A stretch of 63,892 nt of DNA, filler included, from Intoshia linei (taxonomy: Eukaryota > Animalia > Orthonectida): assembly GCA_001642005.1 (NCBI GenBank). It is 10 parts of 10 records of this genome, joined end to end, with 100 filler letters (N's around TTAATTAATTAA, not from the genome) between each part and the next. Parts side by side here need not be neighbours in the genome. Positions count along the whole stretch, not along the records: positions 1 to 19,399 come from LWCA01000738.1; positions 19,500 to 22,524 come from LWCA01002164.1; positions 22,625 to 38,588 come from LWCA01000884.1; 7 more parts are not named here. One strand, given 5' to 3'. The position numbers were made by a program, and so were the translations under genes. Below, piece after piece: positions 14,401 to 28,264 of the stretch (positions are counted from its first letter, which is position 1; the number at the start of each line of letters is the position of its first letter). The notes under the pieces are model-generated. The model searched no databases. It saw only the letters and a program-made list of their open reading frames with translations, and was not told the DNA's origin.

Positions 14401-14588
14401 ATCACTATCACCGTCATCCACTTACTCCATTAGATCAAATTGCTGATATTTATGTAATCGCAGTAGGCGATGACATTAATCCCAATAGACTCAAAAAAAT
14501 TGTTAATTACGATTCTCAAGTTATTGTGACAAAAAATGAACATTCATTGGATAATGCTTTTAAAGTGTTAAGAGAAATTTTGTGCTAA
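2447..14588 (+). CDS. Secreted His-rich multi-VWA/EGF extracellular matrix protein (matrilin/collagen VI-like VWA domains), ~1289 aa, 8 exons
   Basis: Phase-consistent exons: 2447-3085, 5363-6386, 8634-8747, 8788-9360, 9575-9688, 9913-10617, 13494-13607, 14002-14588 (3870 nt). Signal peptide MNLNTIKLIFLLFGYVVG. VWA motifs FVIDSSTS, TGGLTN, IFLTDG, IYAIGIG, AIDSSLS, IFSDG, VITDG, YVIAVG. Three 114-bp six-Cys EGF exons (e.g. CLAKPCKNGGKC...CTCLAGFGGELC). Confidence 0.85.
3515..4330 (-). mobile_element. Heavily decayed Ty3/gypsy pol remnant (integrase zinc-finger region) in intron 1 of the VWA gene
   Basis: Broken frames give YFWMN...HQDCESCQTAK, an integrase CxxC context; many stops. Confidence 0.35.
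6991..7425. mobile_element. MITE with short TIRs (tagtgatt...aatcacta)
   Basis: Terminal inverted repeats; internal 7085-7195 is repeated near 38470-38580. Confidence 0.45.
7852..8225. mobile_element. Foldback/MITE with long imperfect TIRs
   Basis: 'gtaaagtggcca...ttttagtttatttgg' (7858-7902) is inverted as 'ccaaataaactaaaa...tggccactttac' (8174-8220); related ends at ~40745-41200 and ~59425-59598. Confidence 0.6.
10640..11113 (-). mobile_element. Non-autonomous Helitron copy
   Basis: Reverse-strand copy of the family typified by 46061-46799: TC 5' end, 3' hairpin and CTRR. Confidence 0.65.
11266..13447 (+). mobile_element. Non-autonomous Helitron carrying a nested hAT-like transposase fragment
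   Basis: A|TCCTAACTTATA... at 11266 and ...ctgtttgtacgtaatacataacagtcaacCTAG|T at 13447; ~1.1 kb foreign insert inside. Confidence 0.7.
12099..12741 (-). pseudogene. hAT/CGGBP1-like transposase fragments
   Basis: ORF ends DFALEVLEAFLSADIPLYK, a motif typical of CGGBP1-like hAT transposases; degenerate BED-finger-like N-terminus; internally deleted. Confidence 0.55.
13742..13918. mobile_element. Short MITE (~175 bp)
   Basis: TIRs 'cagacctctcaataccgcca' / 'tggcggtatttagaggtctg'. Confidence 0.6.
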
Positions 14589-16216
14589 TTTATCAATCAT
14601 ATTTAATTGCTTGTAATTGAAATACTGCATTTTCATCAATAAATTTGTTGAATCTACTCCATTTCCTTAAATAATCCATTAAATAATAATTCGCATAGTA
14701 GGGTACCCACCAGTTTCTCTGTAACGTTTTCAGATGTTGGTGGGTAACGCGTTTACCATATAAAGCAGTGTTTTCCAACCAGTTTTACTTGGCGACACAA
14801 ATTTCAATTAGAAAAATTTTATTCTTTAAAGTTCAAAATACCCAAGGTTATATTACACTGTAATACATGGTGTTCATTTTATGATGATATGTTTTAACAA
14901 CGTTAAACTTTTGTGATAATGAAAACCATTAAAAAAGTTATTATATGTACGAATGTAATCCTTTACATATGTAAAATTGAATTTATGTGTGTTACTCAAT
15001 AACACTTAATTAATATGTTAAATTAAAACAGCTTTTCACAAGTTATATTATTAAATTATATGGCTTTAATTAGAAATAATTACTATCATTTCTCTCTTTA
15101 TTTTATTTTTGTAAATAAACTGGGCCTACAATCATGAGGGACCTACTTTTTTAATTTATTAATAGGTAATGGTGGAAAATTTCTTAAGTACACCAAAATT
15201 TCGATAACCCATGAAATTTCCAACGGTTATTTTTAATTTTTACATAATGAACGATCGATTAAGCAATGTATAAAGGTCCAATTTCAAAAAAAAATTTAGG
15301 GCCTACAATTTCCATCTTGCCCGGTCTACTGCCGGTTCTCCACTGCCCTGGGTATCAATGGTTTATTAATATTAAACATAATTATAAACATTAGATTGTA
15401 CGATGTTCTCTGATTTTTTTAAGATGTTTATTGCGTAGTTCGGTAGCAATTGTTAGTTTTGGGTTTCTATATGTACTTATATAAGTGTTTTTTATCAAAT
15501 CTAGCTTCTTCTTTTTAAAGTTAAATTTTTCGGTATTAAAAAATTGAATAATTGCACTTTCGTAATAAATTTTGATCAAAGAAATGGCAATTAAGATAAT
15601 GATTACAATTAAGACTATAATTGTTGTAGTAATGTCTCCCTTTTTAAAATTTTCATGTAATTCACCACAGGATTTAACTAAATATTTGATATTATTATAG
15701 TTTATATCAGTAGGAGATATCAAAATTTCATAGTTTTATTATTAACATAATTATCATATTTAAATATTTATAGTAAATACGTTTTAGTTTTATAATAAAC
15801 ATTTATTACATATTTACCAATATAACGTGAAAGTTACTAAGATGTGTGTCTGTATAAAAATTTATTTAGAACACTGACAGTCCCAGATATTATAACAGTT
15901 AAAAATTACACATTCTCAGCCAGTTTTTTCCGATGAAAAATGAAACAAACAGCGCGTTCTAAATCAATACTGTTCAACCTTTGAGTGGTAAAGCTACCAT
16001 TTTTGAAAGTCAAATTAAATTTAAAAGTTACAATTTATCATTTTTACAACTCATAAAAAACATTGATTTGATAGGTAAGCGTTTAAAATTTAGCATAATC
16101 AAGTTTTCCATCGATGGATCTGAGTCTATGAGCAATATCGCAAGATGTTATAAATATTCCAAAAAATATAAATTCTAAAAAACAATTTTTGCTGAAAAGT
16201 GTAAATTTTTCGAATA

Positions 16217-17434
16217 ATGAATCTATCCCAAAATAAAGCTGATATTTCAATTAAACCAGTGTGTGCGAACATGAGTAATGTTTTGAAACCAGTTGATAGT
16301 ACCACTAATCAGTCTCTTTTTATGAATAAAATTTGTAATTTTGAAGTTGAAATAAAATTGAAAAATACTAACGTACCGTATGTGAGCAAGCCTCGTAGAT
16401 ATCCCCATGCGGTAATTGGCAAAATCATTGACAAATTACATGAACTAGAAGCGTCTGATATTATAGAAAAAGTTGATAAATGTGAATGGATAAATGCTCT
16501 TGTTCATGTACACAAAAAATCTAGAGAGATCCAATTGTGTGTCAATCTAAGAGAATTGAACAAAAATATTGTTATTGACCAGTATCCCTCACCGACAACT
16601 GAAACCATACTAAATAATACTCATGGCAGTAAAATATTTTCAAAAATTGACTTGAAACAAGCCTACCATCAGGTGAACCTTAGTGAAAAATCACGTTATT
16701 TGACAACTTTTATAACGCCTATGGGTCTATTTCATTATAAGAGACTACCTTTCGGTTTAGCGTCAGCCCCGGTTGCGTTTCAACGAATTATGAATAGCAT
16801 TTTAGACAAGATACCGGGCGTAGAATGTATGCTTGACGACATATTGATACATGCTAATTCAACCCGACGTCACGATGAAATACTCAAAGACGTATTGCAG
16901 CGAATAAAAAAATATAATATTGTACTTAACACTGATAAATGTTTACTCTCTCAAACAAGCATTAAAATATTGGAACATGTTTTATCAGATAAAGGTGTCC
17001 AAGTTGATCCCGATAAAGTTTTGTGTTTATTGAAAATGAAACCACTTACTACGGTCCATGAAATACGTAGTTTTTTAGGTATGTGTAACTACTATACCAA
17101 ATTTGTAAACAACTTTTCAATAATATGTGAACATTTGTATTCCTTAACAAGAAAAGATTCTACATTTAACTGGGATAGCCGATGTCAAACATCATTTGAA
17201 CAAATTAAAGCTGCCATAGGTAAATACGTGATAATTTCAACATTTGATCCATATAGTGACACTATTGTTCAAGTAGATGCTTCTAACATCGGAATTTGGG
17301 CAGTGTTAATGCAAAAACAACATGGATCACGTGTTACAATTGCTTTCTTCTCTTCAATACTAACTATGACTGAATGCAACTACTCAACTGGTGAGAAAGA
17401 GACGATAATGTCGGAGATCCGATGTACATTATAA
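16217..17434 (+). mobile_element. Ty3/gypsy retrotransposon pol remnant (RT + partial RNase H)
   Basis: RT motifs LCVNLRELNK, FSKIDLKQAYHQ, RLPFGLASAP, MLDDILI; RNase H start VQVDASNIG...YSTGEKE; truncated before integrase. Confidence 0.9.
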
Positions 17435-18299
17435 ATAAAAGATATTTAAATATTACCCATAATGTTGCTTGTGCAATATATTGTCGATGTCAACTTGTTG
17501 TGCAAATGGAGTGGATTTAAATATATTATTGATTAATACTTATTAAAAATGTTTAGATATTTATTTTAACGTACATTATTTATATATCGATTAAGATACA
17601 TTTTTCACATAGTTCGTGATAATTCTTATTGGATTTTATATACATTTGCTAAATTATCATGTCGTCAAAATGCTGAATTCAGATAATTGCAGTTAATATT
17701 TTGTATTTTACACTGCATTAAATAAATTAGAGTTATAGATGTCATTATATTTTGCAATAATGTCAAAATCAATAAATATTTAGTAATAAAACTCAAATAA
17801 TAGTTATGATTTTAGTGCTTCGAGGCTTATGGATTAAACCTATTAGTCAAGTGTTGTTAAATATAGTTGGAGATTCTTAACTAAATAGGTATGTACATAT
17901 TTCCTTGATTACATAATGATATCATTGAGTAAATCTTTGACACAACTGTAGTTTATCATTAATAACACTGCTATGCCAGGTTTTTTATCGAATGTAAGAA
18001 ATATAGTTAGCTACAAGTTTAATACACTGATTAACCTGGCATAATATTTTTTTCAATCACTTCAATTTTTCGAGTTATCACCATATTTAAATCAAATACT
18101 ATTATATAAATCAAGATAATAAACGGTAAGTACAAAACACCTTAAAATATTTAACTCGATTCGATTAAATTTAATGGCGGAAAGTAAATCTATAACCAGT
18201 TGTTTTAAAATCATAACATCCAGAAATGTATAATAATGATAAGCACAAGATTTATAAATCAATTCTTTTTTTGGTAAAACAATATAATTAATTGAATTG

Positions 18300-18530
18300 G
18301 AATTGAAATCAATGTGAGGAATTTGTTTCAACAGCAATTTTATATAAGCTTCCGAAGTCTTATTTGAAAATATTTCAGATATTGGAAAATAATCAGAATA
18401 TAAGTTGTATAGATGAACAAGTAAATATTTTTCAAAGTCAATAACAATTTAGAGACGCACTGCAATCTTATGGTCGTTCGAACTTAGTTTCATCTTGATA
18501 AAATAAGCTTTCAAAGTTTGCAAAGTCAAA
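18300..18530 (-). mobile_element. Decayed LTR-retrotransposon integrase core fragment
   Basis: HKIAV..*IVIDFEKYLLV...YSDYFPISEIFSNKTSEAYIKLLLKQI resembles the rve N-terminus; contains an in-frame stop. Confidence 0.4.
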
Positions 18531-19867
18531 GTTAATATAGATTTATATATCTATATATATAAATATATCATATTATATCAGGGGTGTACCAACATGTAAT
18601 CTATCAAAAAGATGCAATTGTTGTCTATGTTTCTTAAAAAAAATAATTATTCCTCAATACCTCCATTGAATGTTGATCTAACAAACGAACGTGTGGCCAA
18701 ACGTGGAATGCACAGAGTCCATTACCTTCGTGAAATGGCGTCAGTTAAGTATATTGATGATTAATTATTAAATGACAGTGTTAATCATTTTAAAAATTAT
18801 AATAAATTTACAAATTTGTTAATAATTAATACTTAAAATAAAGTTAATTTCAAATTAAAACGGGTAATTTTAAATCGCCGAGTAGTCCGATGTTTTTGCA
18901 ATAATATAAAAAACTAAAATCATAGAGGTTAGTGTAGTGCAATAACAACATATCTTTATTTAATACTCTATTATGGTGATCGCACTAGTACATACACTCA
19001 AGATTATTTTAAACCTGTGATTAAACTTATAAACGCTACAAAATAATCTTGCTTTCTCTCAAGTTGCGCGAGAATGGATAAAATGATAAACAAACCAAAA
19101 GAAATTTTATTATATACCAAAAAGGCGATCTTGTTGATCCCGATTTATAGATACAAAATTTTGATGACTATATTGATATAATGTTCTCTCATCATCCAGA
19201 TAAATTATAGGATGATTTAAGAGCTAAATTAATGAGAAACCTAGCTGGCGGAATAGCTATGGATCGATTCTGTACTGATTTGAATAAAAATGCCACTGTG
19301 GCACAAATGAAATTGATGATTCAATCTTTGAAAAATATTAATGCAATTCAGAAAAATTTAAATTTAGAATATTAAAACGTTTTCAAGACGAAAGTTTAAN
19401 NNNNNNNNNNNNNNNNNNNNNNNNNNNNNNNNNNNNNNNNNNNTTAATTAATTAANNNNNNNNNNNNNNNNNNNNNNNNNNNNNNNNNNNNNNNNNNNNT
19501 CGATTTTTTCGTACCACTTCATTTGAAAATTACGAGTATTCGCTGTAGTTATTTATTTTATTTATATTTTATTTTGTACATTACTGGTGTGTAGAAAATT
19601 GTCACAAATTCTATAATTTTTATAAAATATACATTTAATTATAACTATTATTTTATACATTAATTAGTAATAAATTATTACTTTATGCTTTTTATTGATT
19701 GTTAATCAGTATTTTAAAGCCAAATCACTGTGTAATATTTTCTCATTATCATTTAAAAATATTAAAATTAAAAATATTGTGAAATTTTTAAATTTATCAA
19801 TTTTCCAAAATGTCTACTCGTGCTGAGCACGAGTGGCACGAGATGGAGAGTCGCCACTGATATTTAA

Positions 19868-20155
19868 TACCAATCCGATATCTGCCATATATTTTAGTTC
19901 GAGGGCAATGTCATTTTTTTGTCCTTTTCCACCCAATTCGTAAGACAAAGGCTTCCTATTATCGTTTGATAAGAAAAATGCATTCCCTTTTCCCCCTGAT
20001 CCACCACGTGATATAACCATATATTGTCCGTCATTATTTAAAGTCCCTATAGCTTGATTATTTTCAACATGTGATGCAATGGTTCCTAACGGTACAGGTA
20101 TAATGTAGTGGTCGGCGCATTTGCCATATTTATTTTTATTGTAGCCGTGTTCACC
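19868..20155 (-). CDS. MTG2: Obg-family GTPase exon, most like mitochondrial MTG2/GTPBP5 (partial gene)
   Basis: IPVPLGT...RGGSGGKGNAFFLSNDNRKP...GGKGQ...LELKYMADIGL is the Obg-fold/G1 junction; AG and GT flanks. Other exons not found (gaps on both sides). Confidence 0.75.
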
Positions 20156-21959
20156 TAAAAAAATATTAAAATTATACATTGATTGAATTCAATTAATAAA
20201 TTACTTATATTTACCCTATAAAAGCTAACGCGGATATATAAATCAGTGGATCTTAAACTGGGTGCATTCAAAGTTTTAGATAAATTTGAAATTTTTTAAA
20301 CAAAAAGTAAAAAAAGAAACTTACATTTTTTCATTGTATTTGTAATGGTGGTCTCGTGATCCAATTTTGAAAGGAGCGCAGAACTTATGTCTTATGATTA
20401 AATGTCATAATGTTTCTTTCTCAGAAACAAATAATAAAATTTACATCATTTGTACAAGACAACAATTTGTGATAAATTGTTTCTCAATCATGTCTCATTA
20501 CACATATTAGAAAAGATGCATGAATTAACATGTAAATTTTGAATATTAGAGGAAAATTTAATATTACTCCAATTAATTAAAAAAATCAGACTTTACAAAG
20601 ATTTATAGTTATAGATTCTATACATATATTATATAGTGGTTCTCAACCTTTTTTATAATTCCCACTTTATCGATTTTGTTTAAATTCTTCCCCCATTAGT
20701 ATTTCATGTATGACCAAATTTTAACTTATAATATATGTCGTAATTTTGTGGATATCTCATTTGGTAAGATATTTCATAACTAGCTTTTGTCTATTTTTCA
20801 AGATTAAGATTAAATTTATAAAAAAGATTTGTAATTTTTTGGTTTGATTTCAAATAATTGTTTATTGTTGTAATAAAAATGCAATATTTTTATCGCAATA
20901 TTCACTGTGCTTACTAATAAAATGATGTTCCAATTTTTAGGGGGTATAGAATGATTTACTATTTTTTAGTCCCATTTGTTAGGTTAACAAAATGTGATAA
21001 TACTTAATGTTTCACAAATGGAAATCGAACGTAGGTCCACACAATAACAACATAAGCAATATACCACTCAGGTACAACTGCAATATTATTTTACTTTGTA
21101 CTTCTTTATGAATCAATATTTCGATAATAATGGACATCACACTATACCATTAAACTAAATTAATGTTTTCTTCCCAAATTCTCCCCTTTTTACAAATTTC
21201 CTCCACTACACAAATAATTCCTCCCTGGGAACCACTTGGCTCACTGTTAAGAACCTCTATAATATAGAGATTATGGAAACAAAATTATGAATTGTTTCCA
21301 ACCTTATGTGATTATATATTAAAACAAGATTTTGATAAATTTACAAAAAATACAATTTGGGATTATAATATATATATTAATTACAATTTGACATTTAATG
21401 GATAAAATTGGAGTTAAATCGGGTAATAAAAACATTTAAATGCGTTTCATTAATATAATCCAATAGAAGTATTACTTTTATAGATTTAAGATAGAAATAG
21501 TTTTCATGGTCAATGACCATTGGTCTAAAGTTAAATTCTAACGAGTAGTATTGTAATAATCCATTTGATTTTTTATTTTTTAATAAACAGAATATTTTTT
21601 AAATTATCCAAAATCCATGTTATTATTTCTTAGAATAATCAGGACTCCTTACTAAGTTTTTACTTCACTCATAATTTTCTTAGGTAATCCTGAATTAAAA
21701 GAATAACTTTTATGCATTTTAACTTACTAAACTATAATGTACGATAAAAGATAATTACTATACTAATATACATGAATGTACATAATGTACTAAACTATGT
21801 TTCCTAACCTTTTAAGTGTCATGCCTCACTTTTATCCTTACGAAATTTGTACGCCCCACCATAATTTATAACAAATATTTCCATGTGGTGTCCTAACAGA
21901 TTTTTTTTATGTTTATATATTACTGCGCAAAAAACTGGGGTAAAAATAAAATTTAATAT

Positions 21960-22524
21960 ACACTCCGCGATAAAACTATAGCACATTTAAAATTTTGATG
22001 ATATTTCCAAATTATTTTTAAAAATTAAAATTTATTACATTACGTAATCTTCTATGTGTCATTCAAATAAATATTTTACCGTCAAAATTATAATATGGTA
22101 AGTAAAAAAATAATAATGACTAATTATCGCAAATATAAGTATTTCATGTGTGACAAAACTATAGCACAATTATCATTTTAAAGTTTTATTTTTGATAAAT
22201 TGATAAAAATATATAATATAAATACGGTTTAAGAATGCGTGTGGCCACCATGCTTCTCTATAACCTCAAAAATTCTGTCTTCTATACTAGAAATGAGGGT
22301 AGAAATTGTATATGCTGCTATGGATGTCCAGACTTTTTGAATTGCCGTTTTTAACTCATTTAAATTTCTATATTGTGTGTCATTCTTATATATCATGCGA
22401 AGAACTTTCCATAAGTTTTCAATAGGATTTAGATCTGGAGAACATGCCGGCCATCCCAAAACATTCAACATCTTTGAATTTAGCCACCTTTTTGTTTCTT
22501 GAGATTTATGGATTGATGCATTAT
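21960..22524 (-). mobile_element. Tc1-like transposon 3' part with IR/DR end
   Basis: WPACSPDLNPIENLW motif (22229-22471); TA-CACTCCGCG terminus at ~21960; 'aaaactatagcaca' repeated at ~21972 and ~22155. Confidence 0.85.
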
Positions 22525-22942
22525 NNNNNNNNNNNNNNNNNNNNNNNNNNNNNNNNNNNNNNNNNNNNTTAATTAATTAANNNNNNNNNNNNNNNNNNNN
22601 NNNNNNNNNNNNNNNNNNNNNNNNTAAGAAATATGTGTAAAAAATAAAAATTTATATTATAACGCGGGCCGCACATTCGATAATTAGGGGCCGCATAATT
22701 GACACCCCTGATCTTGAGATATCATAGAATTTAGATAATTATAATCTAAATTTCTGAAATTAATTTTCTAAGAAATTTTTGTTAACATTTTCTAAAAAAT
22801 TTGATCAATGGCTGTAAAAACACATTTCAAGAATACAGTAAGTACAAAAAAACATGAAAAATATGAATTTTAAAAATGAACAATCCATTCGTTTTTTTAA
22901 CTACTGTAGCATATGCCTTAAAAATTTTCGTTGATTAAATAT

Positions 22943-24483
22943 TTATTGTGGATATCTTTCAATTAACATTGCATGGCCTATACCTCCTGCCGCACAGGCG
23001 GCGACAAGGCCAAATTTTCCATCTTCGTGAATAAGTCTGTTTGCGGCAGTAACCACTAGACGGACACCTGTAGCACCAAATGGATGTCCGATAGATAGAG
23101 AACCGCCCCAATTGTTGAATTTTGACATATCGGGAGCACCCACACATGGAAATCCATGAGATTTACGACAAAACGTTTCACTATCCAATGCGCGTATATT
23201 AGCAAGTATTTGTCCCGCAAAAGCTTCATGAAATTCAAATACATCAATATCAGACATTTTTAATTTGCATTTATTTAGTATTTTTGGTGTGGCATAAGCT
23301 GGTCCAAGTAATAATTCATCCACAGGATCCTGAGAAACAAAAACATAGTCACGTAAATATGCCTTGGGCTTCAAGTTCAAGGAAAATGCTTTACTTTCGG
23401 ACATGATCAAAGCTGCAGAAGCGCCATCACTAAGAAATGAAGAATTCGCTGCCGTAACAGTTCCATGGGGTTTAATAAACGCAGGCTTTAAACTGGACAA
23501 TTTTTCAATAGATGATAATTTGATTCCATTATCTTTAGTGACTATGGAGTTTGGCATTCTGACAGGGATAACATCTGATAAATTTCCTTCTTCTTGAGCT
23601 TTATGTGCCAATTTATGAGACCTCAATGCGTATTCGTCTTGCTCACGACGTGTAATACCGAACGCCGCGGCTAATCGGTCACCCGAGTGGCCCATCGTTT
23701 CATTAGATGTGTATTCAGAAACTGAAGGTAATTCAGGCATTAAATTTTTAGGGTTTAACATGGACATTATCAATGATATTCTGCCAGCCATGGTTTTAGT
23801 TTTGTTCATATTCAACATCAACTGTCTCATTGCACGACTATGTCTTATGGGCACGTCAGACATAAAATCTAAATGAAAATGCAAAAAATATAACATCCAA
23901 ATGTAATGGTACCTATCCCTCCAGATACAACAGTCTCAGCTTGATTTGTCGCAATCATTTGAATAGCTAAATATTAAATGATGTAAATAATACATAAAGT
24001 ATAACCTGACGCAATAGCCTGACTCGACGAAACGCATGCCTGAGTTACCGTGTGACACGGTGTTTTCAGTGAATATCCGGCACCAAGAGCGGCATCTCTC
24101 GTTACTAAAAGTTTGATAAATATGTACTTAGATTTTTTGTAATTTAAATAAACCATTCGGTGTTTTAACTTCTTGAATTACAGTTCCAGCGACAATATAA
24201 TCAATCAAATCAACATCAAATTGTAACTTGTGGCGTAAGCCTAAATAAAAATAAACAATAGTAAAAATTCTAAACCTAGAAATGCATGCCTCAATAAATC
24301 ATGTGGTTGACAAGATTTATAATCTGTACCACTCATCAAAAAAGGAGTTCTCACAGCATCCACAAGCACGACGTTATCTTTATTAGAAATAACATTTTTA
24401 CGTATACTTGAACTGTGCAAACTAAAACTAGACAATTTGTAAAAGGGTTTCAAATTATTCAGTTTATTTTTACACTTTAACAT
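22943..24483 (-). CDS. HADHB: Mitochondrial trifunctional enzyme beta subunit (3-ketoacyl-CoA thiolase)
   Basis: Multi-exon with short introns; [21 protein letters not shown] (active Cys), [44 protein letters not shown]; targeting-peptide-like N-terminus. Confidence 0.95.
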
Positions 24484-24595
24484 TTATATCTCTTAAATTT
24501 GATCTGCACCAAAATTAGAATAAATATTTTTTACTAATAAAGTTATTCGTAAATTGATTCAATTAGTGAAATAATTTAATTTAGTAACATTTGTA

Positions 24596-27886
<3,291 letters not shown>

Positions 27887-28264
27887 GTTTTCATCGCAAT
27901 TTATCTATTTATTTGTCAAATTTATCAGGTTTATTTTACATCATATTCGTGTTTTTTTTTTGATCATATTTATTTTTATTCGATTAATATAGTACAGTCA
28001 TTCCAAAATTAGTTTTTCTGACCACCGGTTATTATTAAAAATTTACCGTCCAAAATTTACTGTGAAATTATAATTATCGGTCGTAGTAAAAATATATAAA
28101 TCATTAACCAATGACTTTGAGCCATCGCATCCTTAAAGTTTCCTTTGAAACTGGTGAATATTTGCAATCAATTAGACTAAAACTAAATGGAAAGACCTGT
28201 CTAAAAATATCTAATAGATTTAAATAAATTTTATATTTTATAAATATTGAATATTTATTTTCTT

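Noticed and set aside
16217-17434. Possible domesticated or active reverse transcriptase
   Set aside because: Conserved residues are altered (CVD>CVN, YLDD>MLDD, LGH>LEH), RNase H is truncated, and no contiguous integrase or LTRs are present; an ordinary decaying gypsy copy.
23364-23597. Plus-strand ORFs antisense to HADHB and LETM1 (also 26380-26679, 26989-27399)
   Set aside because: Shadow ORFs opposite conserved coding exons; no independent motifs.
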